Shown: positions 13,569 through 29,515, counted from the stretch's first letter. The stretch is 64,000 bases of DNA from Auanema rhodensis (GCA_964057225.1 OZ059895.1:7936001-8000000); one strand, 5' to 3'. Notes: generated by a model not told the origin, from the sequence alone. Numbers and translations are program-made.

Positions 13569-14313
13569 TCAGATAGCAATTTGATGATTAACGACACTCC
13601 GTATCTTAGCCATAGCCGCAACACGAATCTGATTACGACGTAAGCGTTCGGACTTCTTCTTATATATCTGAAGATATGTATAAATAGATATGTATATATA
13701 TATGTATATAATATTATAATATAATAATTATGTTAATATATGTGTATATATAAACATATTATGAATGTATTAGTACCGTTTTTTCTTGACTTGACATGCT
13801 TTGCCATTCAGCAGCAATGATTTTTGAGAATTCACCAAAGTTCGCATGAGGATACAGCCGTTTAGCCGTTGGTTGCCGTTCACGGAAGAACAGTGCATAT
13901 GCTGATACAGCTCTTGAAGAAATATACAATTAATAAAGATAAAACACAAAATTTTCAATAAAATTAAAGAATTAAATGTTTTTTTCTTTTCTTTTATTTT
14001 CAAATTTGAATTATATATTTATATAATCATAATAATAATATTTAATAAATTAACTAATTAACCTATTTTCATGAAAAAGAGCATGTTTCGCATCTAGATA
14101 ATGATGAATAAATTGATTCTGAAAAATATAAATTAAGAAATTTTATCATTTATTATTATTCTTTATCTACTTTTTTTAATATTTAAAATTATAAAAATTA
14201 TTATTATAACTTACTTCTTCAATCATTTTACCGTAATCAAATCGAAAAGTTGGCTCAATTTCATGCCAATCCATCCATTGATCACATGGTTTATAAATAG
14301 CGAATTCGTCCAT
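13569..14313 (-). CDS. Small single HMG-box protein, TOX-like, ~129 aa, 4 exons
   Basis: Exons 14313-14215, 14118-14063, 13912-13777, 13667-13569 (390 nt). HMG box AVSAYALFFRERQPTAKRLYPHANFGEFSKIIAAEWQSMSSQEKTIYKKKSE resembles the TOX box (VSAYALFFR...FGEVSKIVA...W...YKKK). A TTTACAG acceptor at 14343-14344 lies upstream of the ATG. Confidence 0.85.
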
Positions 14314-15555
14314 AATTTTTGAATATTTTCTTTACAATCTTACTGTAAAAATGTATTATTTAATATTATAACTATGTGAAATAGTTAACAAATGATGAAA
14401 TAAATGGATAGATATAGTATGAGAATGATGATTCTATTTATTATATAGTTATATATTAATTATTATAAATATGTTAAGTGAAGTATGAAAGAGATAAGTC
14501 ATGAGAATAGAAAAGAATTTAAGCTGACCACTCGTCAGGTTGGTATCATATAATCTGTTTTGAGCATGCTCATCGAGATAAATAGATTAACTATATATGA
14601 GCAACAAGTAGGCGGAGCTATAAACATTAGATCATTGAGCTTAAAGATATAAGATTGAGAATAAATGCAAAAAATAATTCGAATTTAGATATGAATATGT
14701 GGTTTGGAAGCCTGTGTACCTTGTAATAGCTGGGCGGTCATCAGGTTGTCATTGCAATTATGGTGAGAACGAATAGAATAACCTCAGTCTTTAATTAGCT
14801 GATGACTTCTTATCCATAGTACCGTCTAGAGAATATGTACTCTCTTTCTCTCTCTTTATCTCTCTTTATCTCTCTCTCTCTTTTGCTCTCTCAAGCCTTA
14901 CACTCTCTAATTCTTATAATGATTATCTAATATGGTTACTAATCTAATGACTCTGTAATACAAAAGAATTACATAGAGCTTATTCATAGGCTACATATGT
15001 CATGTTGCTTCCTTAAATCTTAAGACTAAAGGAAATAACCGCTGGTATAAGGTGAAATAAAGAACATTACAGGCAATGATGACGTAATGCACGGATGAGC
15101 TCATAACCTATGTCTGTGTCAAGCCTATTTGGAATGCGCTAATGTGAGAGATGAGCATCTGGATTTATCTTTTATTTTCCTTTTCATTAAAATATGGTTA
15201 TTAGATAATTTATTTGTTATAATTAACTATAATCTATATTTAATATCATAATCTTTCATCTTTTAAATATCAATTCTCTGTTTCCCTTCGTAAAATCAAA
15301 ATATTGAAAAAACAACAACAACAACAAACAAACACACACATACACAAGATATAACAAGAGCAGGTATGAAGAAAATAAAAGTTTTCCATTGAAATATTAT
15401 AAAAAAGAAAAACATTGTAATTATAAAAGAAATAAGTTATGAAATACCTATTTCATCATTCAATCAGTTCTTTTTTTACATTTTCAATATTGATTTCAAG
15501 ATACTTTTCTTGATGGGTGATCATATGTCATACACTCACACACATGTATACTCAT

Positions 15556-15610
<55 letters not shown>

Positions 15611-17377
15611 AAGAGAGAGATCTATATATCTACATGTATATATATATATATATATATATGTATATAGTATAAACTTAGTAAAATTCTGACGTTTCTAAAT
15701 TTAATAAATATCAATTTCTTGTATATTTACAACCGACTGTAAATAAATCCTCAATATTCTTAGATTGTGGTATGTACAGTATCCTCCTCATGTACCCAAA
15801 AGACAGATCAGTATGCTCCAAATAGGTCAATTGAATTTCTTATTACTTAACTATATGTATAGATATAGTTATGATATATGTATATGTTATTTTTCTTATT
15901 ATTCATACATATGTATATAGTTTTTTAAAAAATATTTATTATTACATGATATAATCAATGAAACTTCAAAAATAAAGAAAATAAAAAATTTTACAAAATG
16001 ATGAAAATGAATAAAAACACTTTTTTTCACAAAATAAATTAGAATAAAGAAAGAGAAGTTGGATTTACACCCAGACAAAAGATATTAAAATGAACAATTT
16101 GCTCACAAAATTTGTAAAATTAAATGAATTCTAGAAGACGATTCTGAATGTTGTACTTCAGAATATGTAACCAACTTCAATACACGTGTCAATTTGATGG
16201 CTTTTCATTTCATTATTAAAATTATTAAAAAGATTTTGAAAATTTTTGTATTCAAAAAAGTATATAATTATAACTTGAAAAGGTTTTATTATTATTTTTA
16301 TTAAAAATCTTTTAAGTTTTAAGACCCTTCAAATGATTTTTTTAAAAAGATGATTACTAAGATGATGATGATGATGATGATGTTAGTGATGATGATAATA
16401 ATGATAATAATGGTTGATTGAATAGAACTTGTAAGATGGAATATGTATTTTTTTAGTAAAAAAAGGGAAAAAAAACAAACAATTACTAATTTATCAAATC
16501 AATTCCCATTGGAATTGATAAAGCTTTGGTTGATTTTTGATTATATAGATATAGACATCATCTTCATTATTCTTATTCTTATTTGCTTCACAACAAATAA
16601 TGTTTTTATAAACTAAATTTAAGAAAAAATATATTGAAAGAGAGAGCGAGAGATAGAGAGAGAGAGAGAGGGGGGGGGGGGGAGACATATGCAAAGAAGA
16701 CGCGTTAGTGAGTGAGAATGAGAATGTGGAGATGTATTCTTCTAGGCTCTTAAGTTAAATTTGATCGTTGCCTATATATGTATGTATGTGTTCAATCTAA
16801 TAAACTAATTATTATTATAAAATAATATATAAGAAGTTATAATATTGAATTTCATATAAAGTATGGAAGATGAAGCCAGAAGAGAAATAAAAAGAATCAC
16901 AGCTTATCATAATGGATCACAGAATGTTAGGAGAACAAATCCAATAAAGAGCCAATATTGAATGATTATCATAGAAAAACAGATCATATAATAAATATAA
17001 TATATTGAAAACAATCAAAATAAAATAATTTAAGGTTAAAGTTTAAGATAATATAAACCTTATTGGCTGTTTGACACATACTGCTTGTATAGTTTCTATA
17101 TTCAACGATAAATAGACAAAATATGATTTAATTAACTATATTAAAATAGTTAATAATATATAATTAAGTTTGTAAAATGTTTTTTTTTCACATTCTATTT
17201 TCAGGATAAATTTGCTCTGAGCATCTGGTCAATCTACTCGTTTGTCTTCTTGTTCAATTCTGTGTATTTGTGCTTAGTATGTATGAGTGAGTGCGATGTG
17301 TTTGATGATTATGATGATAGGATTAAAGCTTGTATCACGTTGATCACCAGCTTGAATATATGCTGTTACAGCTTAGT

Positions 17378-20300
17378 TTACGTGAAGTTTGTCATGTTAG
17401 GAGTACTTCGAGCTACGCTGCTGAAACGAAATGCTCGAACTACATTCCGTAATCGGCGTCGTGCAGCAGCAGCTCCTTGCCGAGCTGCTGATCTCAAAAA
17501 TTCTCTCTCACGTGATGGAGATCTGCCAGAAGATCCTGAAACATGATATGTAAGTCGGAATATTTTTTTGCATATAGACATACGTGAAAAAGTCTTGGTT
17601 ACTGAAGGAGTTCCTAAACTATCTTTCGTGGAAGCCGACGCGCTTGTTGTTGATGATGTTACAGCAGGTGCACTGACTTTGTCTGTTACTTGGCTAATAG
17701 AGCTATCTTCGGTTTCTAAATCATACAAAAATTGATGATTATTATATAAGTGAAATACTTACCAACAGAATCTTCATTAGGGAAGAATCGTTGAGATCGG
17801 GGAGATCGTAATGAAAATGGCCACGAACCACTACGTTGAGAACATGCTTTTGCTTAAAAGTTTGAATTTTAGGAGTAAAACAAGATTTTGTTGAATGAAA
17901 TTTTTTTGAATTCTCTTTCATCAAATTATAAAATAAATAATTATTTTAATTTTTAAAAACAAACTTTTTCCATTTATGTGACTTGAATTCTGCTCTACTG
18001 GTGCATCTTCTTCTACAGTTGCTGGGAATGGTGAAGATAGGGGAGGTTCTCCTCTAAAATATTCAATATAGTAAATAATTTTGAATTCAAAAAATTGAAA
18101 ATAAATGAAAGAAAAGCTTACCCTTCCGTTCGTGCAAGATTATCAAGAACACGATCTAAACGACTGGGTTCTGTTTCACGTAACTTATTATATATTTTAC
18201 ATTGAAGATCTTTTGGAATCTAAATAAATAAATTTATATTATTATATTAGTTAACTATATGTATATAATATACCTTGAATATTTCTTCAACATGAGTAAT
18301 CATTGTTTCCATTACCGTAACCTGAGACTCATTTTCTGCTAAGCTTAATTGAAGTTTATCATGATCTGCTCTAAGAATACATGGGGCAAAGATTGTTGCT
18401 AAATTCTTGGCATCCATTTTATTTCCTTGAATTGTCTATAATTATAAATTAAATTATTAAATTATGCTGTTTATATGAATTACTTCTTCATCAACTTCTG
18501 AATCACATGAATGTAATGCAACTTCATGAAGAAATTTCAACAGAACAAACAAGGTATCAACTGATGTTGCATCCATTAATGCAATAAGTAATCGAACACA
18601 TTCTATCCGTTCTTCTAATGTTAATCCTATAGTGTAAGTTTTAGTAATTCAAGAATACGCTGACAAAGCTTACGTGAACAGGCTAGATATGCTTGATAAT
18701 GCTCATTCGGAAGGAGGGATTGCGGTAAATCTCGAAAATATTCTTTTAACAGAGTTGCAACATCATGAGTAGTTGTATTTTCCACCATATCATCACTAAT
18801 TGCTTGTCCGCCACCAACCTGAAAATCCTTTTTGAATGTTAATTGACAAATAAAATACTATTTTCAATTTTTATATTCATATATTTAGCATAAATTAGTT
18901 TAACGTTTAATGAATTAAAATGTTTTCTTACTTTTTCTAATGCACTACGTAGTTGACGACATCGTTTCTGATTACCAGCAATCCGAAAAAGACCCACTGA
19001 GGTTAGTCCTTTAAATACATTATTTTGTTTAAAATTGTAAAAAAATTAAATATACCGTATGCCATTAGATATTGAGTACAATTTTCAACAATTCGAGGTA
19101 CACGTATGGAATGTGGATCTACATCATCTACATTACCATCTAGCGAATAGGACAATGAAGCTGATGATGGGCGATGTTTCTTCATGAAACGGCCATTTTG
19201 AATTGAATTGGATGTTTGATGATAAGTCGGAGAAGCCTACAAGCAAATGATTAAGTTTTCAATAATATAATCTTTGTATACTTCAGCTAGAAGATGTTGT
19301 GATGTAGATGCATATGGATTCTGAATTGATAACGTTGAAATTGGAGGTAGAGAGCATGTTGGAGGTGCTGATCCAACCAAAGGAGAAGGAGATGATGGAT
19401 TAGTTGATGGATACAAATCCTATAACACGAACGTATGTTTCAACATAAAGACAAGAACAGTGAGATCAAAAAGACTTATAATCTTTTTTCTAAATTGAAT
19501 ACTTATGATCTTGATCTGATAAATAGAAAAAAAAGATTATTTAGCGTATGTATTTCATCTTGTTGGTTTTTTGAATATTTATATTTGATTTTTGGTTGCA
19601 ATCAGGCTTTAAAGATTTCAGATTAAGATTATTCTATTTAAACTTTTTTTTTTGAATTATATTCAAAACGAAATAATAAAGATTACAAATTATTCTTTTA
19701 GATTAAACAATGATATGAACATGTGATATGTATGTATGCACCTGAGTTGATGGATAAAGCCAACGACGACTATGATCAATAACATTGATGAATTCAGGCT
19801 CCGAACGAACAACTGATTTTGGGCCAGCAGATGATGGTGTTCGAGGACTATAATATTATTCATATAATAATATAAAATATATATTAATTATATATATATA
19901 GTTATATGAAACGAATATACCTTCGTGGTACAGCTAGAGATACAGTTGAATCATCCAATGATCGACACCGGCTTTCTAAATCTAATCGTCGCTCATTTTG
20001 CATGCAATCAATCAATGAAACACCAAATAAACGTTTTTCTTCTGAAAATATAAAATATTTTTTTATTTTATTAAATTAAGAAAAACCTCCATCTGTGCTA
20101 GAGCCACTTGGTCGTCGACTTACATCACCAACAGTTAATGTTCGACTAGTTTTGATTAATTTTTGTCGTTTTTGTCGTAAAACAGATAATGGATCTGAAT
20201 AAAATAATAAAATACAGAATAGATTAACATATATATATATTATAAATTATATATATATATATATATATATAGTTAATGAATAATACCTTTTGATTTGCTT

Positions 20301-20988
20301 AACGAGACACCCGGAAGAAGTTTAGCAATTCGTTGTTGTGCAATGGATTGCAAAGCTGTTCGCTCAATATCTGATAATGTTTCAAGTTGAACTCCACGTA
20401 AAACAATTTCCTTATCATCCAAAGAATGTCTCCAAGTGCTACTGTCCTATAAGACAAATCATGAATTGATGGACATGAAATCCTATTTTTTGTTGTTTTT
20501 TTTTAAATTCAGAATTAACAGATTTTTATATTTTATTTTTAAATTTGAAGCAAAAACTATAAAAAACAATAAATTGTCTCGTTTTTGCTTTATTTTTTAT
20601 TTAATTTTGTAAAAAAAATTATTATATTAACTGGCTACAACAAAATTTTATTTTAATATGATTATCTATTCATGTAATTAAATTATTTTTTTAAAAAAAT
20701 TATATATTTAACTAGATGACATAAAGGAATATACATGTAAGTAATGTCATGTAGATGAGTATTTAGTCATTTTCATCGATGGGTTTTTAGAATATTTTGA
20801 AATAAAAAAGCACAATAGTGAACGGTTGTGTTGATTGTAATTATGAAAAAAAGATATTAAAAGAATATGAGTAAGGCATTTAACTCAAATTTATAGAATA
20901 AAGGAATAAATTTTTATTTAATTATCTTTTTCTTTCTTTTTTTTAATTAAGAGAACGAGGAGGAAAAAAGAGAGAAGAGAGAGAGAGA

Positions 20989-21053
<65 letters not shown>

Positions 21054-23478
21054 TATGATACTGAAAAACGATAAAATAAATGTACCAAAAGATAGATATG
21101 AAGATGTAATGAGAAAGAAAAGAAAAAAAACAATATAAATTATTATAATTTTTAGCTTTTAGAAAAATCTCGAATACCAATTGGCGGCGTCGTCGTCGTT
21201 TCGAAGACTGTAATGAAGTTCGTCGATATTTGATGACAAAGATAGCCCAATCCATTGATGATAACAGTATTACTGATAACAAAATTTCAACAACAAAAAA
21301 ATAAATAAAAAGAATTTTGTATTTGAAAACGAATAAAGAAGAAATAGAAAATGAAAAAGACGAAGAAGATGATGTAGACGATGAAGATGAAGAAGATGAG
21401 AAAGAAAGAAGAAGTAGGAAGAATAATCGAGGAATTGACAATAACTAGCAAATGAATATGAAAAGAAAAGAATATATATTAAAAATAAGAGAATTAGAGA
21501 ATAAAAAAACTGAATATTAACAAGAATTTTTGTTGTCAAATAAGGAGACATGAATATGCAATCGATGCAGTTTGAGATGATTTTTTTTTGGCTTCTTACA
21601 ATTTGGAAATAAGACGAGATTAGACGAGACAAAATTAAAAGTTTGGATATTAAAATCACTTCAATTAGAAATTATTTTTTTTTATTTTTTAGAATAGAAT
21701 ATAAGGTATATTACATATTGATTTTTAGCTTTTCTTTCTAATGAAAAGACAATTATACATATATCGTTGGAACACATACACAACCCTCCCAAACCAACAC
21801 TATTCCCTCTCTTTCCTTCTCCTCCTCCTCCTCCCCCTCCTCTTCACATTGTCCTCCTCTTATTCCTTTTCCCACCCCGAAGATAAATGACAACAGACAG
21901 GGAGGGAGACAGGCAGAGCAGAAGGCTGGGTTCGAAATAAAAAAGGATTTTTGCTCAATTTTAACGAAATCTGTCATGTTTCTCAATCAAATGAAATTGA
22001 GTTTTAATGGAAGAGGCAAAAAGCGAATATAAGAATGGATTTTGAATTGAAAAATCGGCCAAACCAAAGATTTCCAAGCTGAATCTGTTGATGATGAAGT
22101 GCTACTGTTATGACTGAAGCCACCAATATATCTGGGTCGAAGTTTCCATAGAATCTTCTGCGATGAGTATTTCCATCCATCCGACTGACTACTGTAACTG
22201 GAGCATTGTCAAGAAAGGTTGTACGAATGTATATTGAATTTCAGCTTTAGGTTATAAGGCACCATTCTGACTCACCTGCTAGCCGATAGCGGCACTGATG
22301 GCGACACGGGAGCCGTCATGGCCTGTGGCAACATGTCATCGAGCTGATCGTGTGACCCATCGAAACCAGACGAATCACGTGAGTCACGTAGATGACCCTA
22401 AAATTAGAAATAGTATATGGTTATAAAAAATAAAATTAATAATAAAAATACATTAATATTATATAAATTATTGTTTTCATTATATTTAAGTACTTCATTT
22501 TATTCCCCAGATAAAATATTTAATAAATGTTTTTTTTTAATATTTTAAATACAAAAAATATTAAAAAAAAAACTTTTTAAATATCAATAATAAAATTAAT
22601 TCATCACATGTATATTATACTCAAAAGATTAATTGATTATTAGAATTAAAACAAAATTTATTAACTGAGGGTAAGAGAGTTAGTAAAGATGATAGAAAGA
22701 TGATAGAAAAGGAGAAAAAAAATGAAAAAGAGAGAGATAGAGAGAGTTAGAGAAAATGAGTATGCATGTATGTATATGTGTATAGTCAAAGCAATTGAGA
22801 GAAACAACTATTATTCTATTGTTTTACATAAGGAAGTTGATTACAGGCTTCATGCCACAAGACCAGCTTTAAATATATTTTTTTACTCAAAAAATTGTGG
22901 CTCTGGGATTCAAGGTATATGAATTTATTTTTTTTAGTTTTTATGATTAATATTCAAGTTTATAAATCAAACTTTCGTCAATTAAAATGCAAAAATCAAC
23001 ATTTTTTGTTTAAATTTAATGAAAATTGACCACAAAAAACTATAATATGATTAGAGAAATGAATCAATTTGTAACATCTCAACAGTCCTGATTAGCTTTA
23101 ATGTAATTATCTTTGTTAATTTTTTTTAAAAGCACAATTTTCACATATTTAAACAACATTTGATTCAAATTCGAAATGAGAAAAGTAGATTTTGAAGGTT
23201 CTAGTGAGATGAGTTCAATGCTTTCAATCAAGCTTTGCAACCTAAAATTTGGAAGTGAATTACTATTTTCGAGAAAAAAAAATATTTGAAGTGAATCAAA
23301 TGTCAAGGAATAGCTTTTCAATATATTATCATGAATACAAACTCAATTCATACTTTCTATAAACTACTAAACAACTTCGGAATATTTTCAAACAACGTTA
23401 AATAGAATCAAAAAGATTATAATCATTTTTATTTTTGGTTAATAAAAAAGTTTAAAAAAAAAATTTATGATGATTATT

Positions 23479-23516
<38 letters not shown>

Positions 23517-26500
23517 CACATAGTTAAAACGTATATATATATATATATAAAGTTAATCCGAAAGATCAAGCAATGTATTGTCAGACATACAAACATGAAT
23601 GTTCATGCATTTATCTATTCATATTCACAAATTATTTAAAAGTTTCGATTAAAATATAAATATTTAGAAAATATAAATCAAATTGTTGTAAATGCAGATG
23701 ATAAGAAACAGTACTATGTCTAACATATAACAGAAAACTTTTCAGATATATTGCTGAAAACTTGTTTTTTTTTGTGCTAAAAGCGGGAGACAAAAAATTT
23801 TTTAATAAACCATTTTGAGATTCTCATTCAAAATAAGCTGCCAAAATCAGATTTTTGTTATTGGAAGCGATATAAGAGCCTTTAATCTTCAGTAATCCCA
23901 AAAAATGGTCCATATCTTATAAGAAAGAGAGAGGTTGACAGAAGTAGAGAGTATAAGAGAAGCAGAGGAGACAAACGATAGATTGAAAAAGAGAATGAAT
24001 AAGATTGAGGACAAACTAGGGCAAAAAGTCAAAAAAAATTGATGAAGAAAGAGAGGTTAGAGAGACAGAGACATATTAGAAAAGTAAAAAAAATGATCTT
24101 AGCACGAAAAGCTGAAGAGAGAGAGAGGGAAAGAGATAGAGAATGGGAGAATCAACTCAAGACATGAGTGAGGAGATGAAGATGAAGGGAAGAACATGAT
24201 ATAGTTCATTGAATTGAAGTAATTTGAAACATTATCAAATTTTAAAAAAATTCATAGAGAAACAAGATTTTTTCTGATAATTCAACTGTTGTTATAGTGA
24301 AATCATCAAAATATTCTTCTTCGAAGAGAAAAAAAAGCTGCTGATATATCATTTTTTTAAAAACAAAGTAACATATAGAAGTGATAGATGATGATGCTTC
24401 TAACGCTAATGACGATGATGGAACATGAGAAATATGTGAATTAACCAGGAACATTGTCAGTATATATGATGGAATGGTAGGCATAGACTCCGGAAAGATA
24501 GTCCGGACTGAATGAACGGAAGAACTTTTCCGTTTTTTCCCCTCCTACAGATCATTTTAGGCTTAAAAGCTGATGTCATGTGCCGTTCATTGAATTCACA
24601 TCAAAAAAAGGAAATATGGAATATTCAAAATTGGATCATACTTCCTCTGTTAGCTTTGTCTAATACTCAAGTTGACTCTTCTGTTTTTCAGATAAAAAAA
24701 AATATGATATATAGTATATAGTTAAGCAATTAGAATATATTATATATAATTGAAGAATAATTTAAAATGATGAAGAATGGAATGATGTCGAATGGTTAAC
24801 TTTCAAACTGATTGTCTTAGATAACCTTGCTAACTATGCTATTCACATGAAGTAGTGAGAAAAGCATTGAAAGAGAAGCTAAAAAGGATTTGAAAGTGGA
24901 AATTACACTACGAAAGGGCTGGTAAGCCTAATGGTTGAAGCTAGATGTAGAAAGACAAGTAAATCTAATTAAAAGAAACCCAAAGACTAGATAGATTCTC
25001 TAACTCATAATAGGGCGGAACGGAGCAGAAGCTGAAAAAAACAAAAAGCCTTTCGAGGTCTACATATCTCTATCCATTTCAAACTGTCAGAATTCACTGA
25101 TTTTCTATTGTTGTTTATCAGTAACTATACATGTTTGTATATAGTTAGTTGTAGTTAACTTACTATCTTATTATGCGTTTTCACACTCAAGCTCATCAAT
25201 AAAATTTTTGAAATAACATATAGCACGTGTAGATTGAAGCATAGCTCCTTTAATGATCAGTATCTTATTGAAAAAAAAGACTAAATTAATTCTGAGCAAT
25301 TGAACTATCATACATTCTGTATTATACCATTTATTTTAATTATTTTTATAATTTTATATTATAATATATTGTAAATATTATATTAATTAATAATTAGATT
25401 ATAATAAAAAAAAATAATGATCGTCATTTTCTTTTTTTGATAAATTTCATCTTTCAATTTATCATTTTATATTATTTCAATTAATATAATATTTTTAATA
25501 TAAAGATTATTAAATATTACTAGTAATAATAATAAAGTGAACTTAAATTAACTATATATGTATATATAGTTAATTTATAATTTCTTTATAGTATAGTACA
25601 AATATTTCAAAAATTATTTACATGTACTTAATAGCAAAACTTAAGAATTAAACTAGAAATGTTTGAAAAAACAAGAAATACCTCTATATTTGACGACATC
25701 TCACCATGTCTTATGTATGTTTCTAGTAGATAAAATAGTTTAAAAACCAATTTATACTTTCAGTTTTCAACTTAAATTGTGGTAAATTATGATGAATAAT
25801 GTGAAAGAGAAGAACATAGAGATGAAGTAAAAAAAGAGAAATTTAAAAAGATTAAGAGTGAGAAAAGGTCGCCATAACATACAAGAGAGAGAGAGAGAAC
25901 GGGAGGGAGAGGCGGGAGTTCAAGAAGAGTAAAAGAGAGAAAGAGAGAGAAGCTGTTGATCAAGGGACAGAGATAGAATGAATGTCGAATGTCTCTAAAT
26001 TTCTTTAATAACGAGTAACCTGATACATGTACGTTTTTGGAGATGACTGATTTCATACCCTGAAGTAATGATCTGAAGTGGTATGAGGGGTGAACGGAAG
26101 CGACTAGAGAAGGAAGAAATGGAAAATTTTACATTTTTTTGCAAAAAAAAAAATTCGTTTTGATCGAACATTTATCAACAACAATAAAAGTAAATTTTCA
26201 TCACAATGATCTGCATTATTGTTGAATTGAGACATCAGACAACATGATAGAATAGCAAAAACTGATGTGCGATTTGTTGTCGTCGTTATCTGACATCTGA
26301 AGTGCAAAGTTGAATGATTTTGAACAATTTAGTCACTTATAATCCATCTGTTGACATGAATTTAAAGAAATGATAAAATATTTGAATTTGATATGATGAA
26401 AAGCATATATAAGGATTGTGAAGAAGAAGAAAAATTTGGAAAAAAACACAAATTGTAGTAAATGATATGATGATATACATAGTTATACATAAAATATATG

Positions 26501-27470
26501 ATATATATATACCATATATAGTTTATTTAATTAAAGATAACAATGTTAAAAAGATGAAAAAAAATGATAAAATATTAATAATTTTAATACAAAAATGATT
26601 ATTTCTTTAACTAAATATACTATGTATAGCTGATAAACTGATGTTCTAATCATATTTTCTAATCAAAATGATAATGAATCTTTCTTTATCTTTTATAATA
26701 ATTAATTTAATTTTTATTATTTTTTCTATTACAAATGTAAAAGAAATTTAGAAAAAAAACAAGAGTTGAAGCTTAAAACTATACGTATGGATATATATAT
26801 ATATATATATATGGCTTCGATCAAATTCATGAGCTCATTTCCATATACAGCAATTGGAACTAAAGGCCAATCACATTTTATGAAATGAGTCTTTTTTACA
26901 ATTCAGGTAAAAGCAGCTCTTAGAGCCCAGTTATGACATGAGCATATGAAATAATAAAAGATATTTGTAACTAAGTTCACATATAAATATATAAAAAAAC
27001 CATTTTACTCATAATAAACTTCAGCAAGAAGTTAAAAATTAGAATTTTCACGCTTAAAAGAAATGAAATACATATGTATGGGAGATCTTATAAACTTACT
27101 CTAATTGAGTTTGAATAACTAGCTAAACAATACAGTTTAGGTGAACGACTCATGCAATTGCCGATTTTACCTTCTAGGATTATCTCTCACGCTTTCAAGT
27201 TGTCGGAAGTTTCAGAGGGAAGTAGGAGATAGGCTGAGCTAGAGAGCAGGAAAGTGAAAACGAACTAGACTAATGAGATGTGATGGAGTCAGGAAATTTT
27301 TTAGAAATATAAGAGAAACGACATAGAGATTGAGAAACTAAGTACCTAAATAAGGGATGAATACAGAGGGAAAAACATTGAGAGATTAAAAAATAAAGAG
27401 AAATACAATCATAAAGAGCGAGTAAAGGAGTCGAAAGACAGAGAGAGAGAGAAAAAGAGAGAGAGGGAGA

Positions 27471-27535
<65 letters not shown>

Positions 27536-29313
27536 CAACGGAGGAATCTAGAAATAGGTGAAAAGAGGTAAAGTTAAAGAGAGTAATGACTAGGATAGGC
27601 GGAGTCGATAGAATAAATGAAAGGATACTGAGAAATGAGAGGGAGATAGAGAAAACTTCAGTAGTTTCCCTCAAATCAACGTGTTCAAAAAACCTTCCAT
27701 CGTTCTCACTCCCCCCTTTACTCGATCCCCCCTATTATTCTCGGATTTCTTTTACCCTCTCTCTGACATTCATTTGCTTCTTTTGTTTTTTTTTCAATCA
27801 AAAAAAAAATCTTAAAGAACGTTGTTTTTTCTTAAATCTGAACTCAAAGGAAAAAAAGTGCAAAGATCTACTTGAAAATGAAAAAAAATTTAATAAGTAA
27901 TCATATTAATTGCTTTAATTGAAAAATCAAAAATATAAATTACATTTTTTCATTTATAATATATATTAATTGAAATATAAATATGATAATGCTATAAATT
28001 TCATATTTAAGATTCTTGAATAATCTTTTTTTGATTTTTTTTTCTTTAAAAATAACTTAAAACTTTAGTTTGTTAATCTTTTCTAAAACTTCTTTGTCGT
28101 ATTTGAACTCAACGTTTGAAGTATCTAAGAATGAAATATCAGATTGAATATCTCCATTTCTTTTAAAATATTCTCACGCTCAGAACCGTATATGACGTGT
28201 GTGATCTATTGAAAACTATGGCTGAAGCATACGTTCGGAAAAGGAGCAAAAGTGGTAGCAAGAAAGAAGGAATGGAAGGGAGGGCGCGAGGGAGGAAGAG
28301 AGAAAGAATTGCTGATGGTTTTGGACAGAGGCTAAGTTTTGAGAATTTTATATATATTATCTGAATCATCAGAAACATGACGTGATGATGTTTAGTTATC
28401 TGGAATATCCAAATAGCCTGATTCAAACTTCTATAACTTACGTTTGAGGAACAATAGAATTACTTAAATACGTAATCATAAATATATTATATTATATTAT
28501 TATATTTTGATAGAGATTAACGATATATCAACGTACGCTTTCAGTATCTGTCCATCGTCGTTGATTGCTTCTGATTGCTAGAAATTCCACGCTCACATCA
28601 TCTGATGCTGTTGTTGTTGGTCCTGTACCGGCAAGCCGTTCATTCATAACGATCTCATCACCGTCAATAGCCAATTGCATTGTAGTACCGTCGATAGATG
28701 GATGACGAACGGTAAGACGGGGTAGTTGTCTAGAAAATAAAGATTTCAGATTAAGAAACAATATAATATTATACTACTGTATAATAATAATAATAATAAT
28801 TATTATTATTATTATTATTATTATTCTAAAAATATAGTGAAAATAGTAAAAAGTGTCGGAAAAATATAATACTATAATATATATAAATATAATGAAATAT
28901 AAAGAAAATAACAACAAAAAATGATTGTTTTACAAAGACATTTTGAATTCGTATTTCTTCAAAACGATATGAAAATGCTAATTAAAAAATTAAATAGAAA
29001 TATCTGTTTATGAATATTTTAATATTTTAAATGGAATTTCACCACAACACGTGGGTTGATATACATACTACATTTATATATATTTTTTGGAGAAAAAAAG
29101 AGAAGAAAAACGAAGAAAGAGCGACGACCACATGAATAATAGAAGTTCAACATGCTGTTCATCTATGTTGAACAGAAGTAAACTCGTGTATGTATTTGCA
29201 TATATGTATGTTCATGTGGATGACGTGAAAAACGTGAACAATTTTAAAAAATAATTTAAATTTTCACACGAATCGGTTGCTTTTATATTTAAGAGAGAAA
29301 ATGAGAATAAGAT

Positions 29314-29344
<31 letters not shown>

Positions 29345-29452
29345 GAGAGATAAAATAAGGGAAATAATGATAGAGAGATACAGAATAGAGTGAAAGGTTG
29401 AGAGTAGGAAAGAGAGAAAGAGAGAGAGAGAGAAAGTCAAAGAGAGAGAGAT

Positions 29453-29515
<63 letters not shown>

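Noticed and set aside
17250-17546. + strand 98-aa ORF
   Set aside because: Antisense shadow of the RhoGAP terminal exon.
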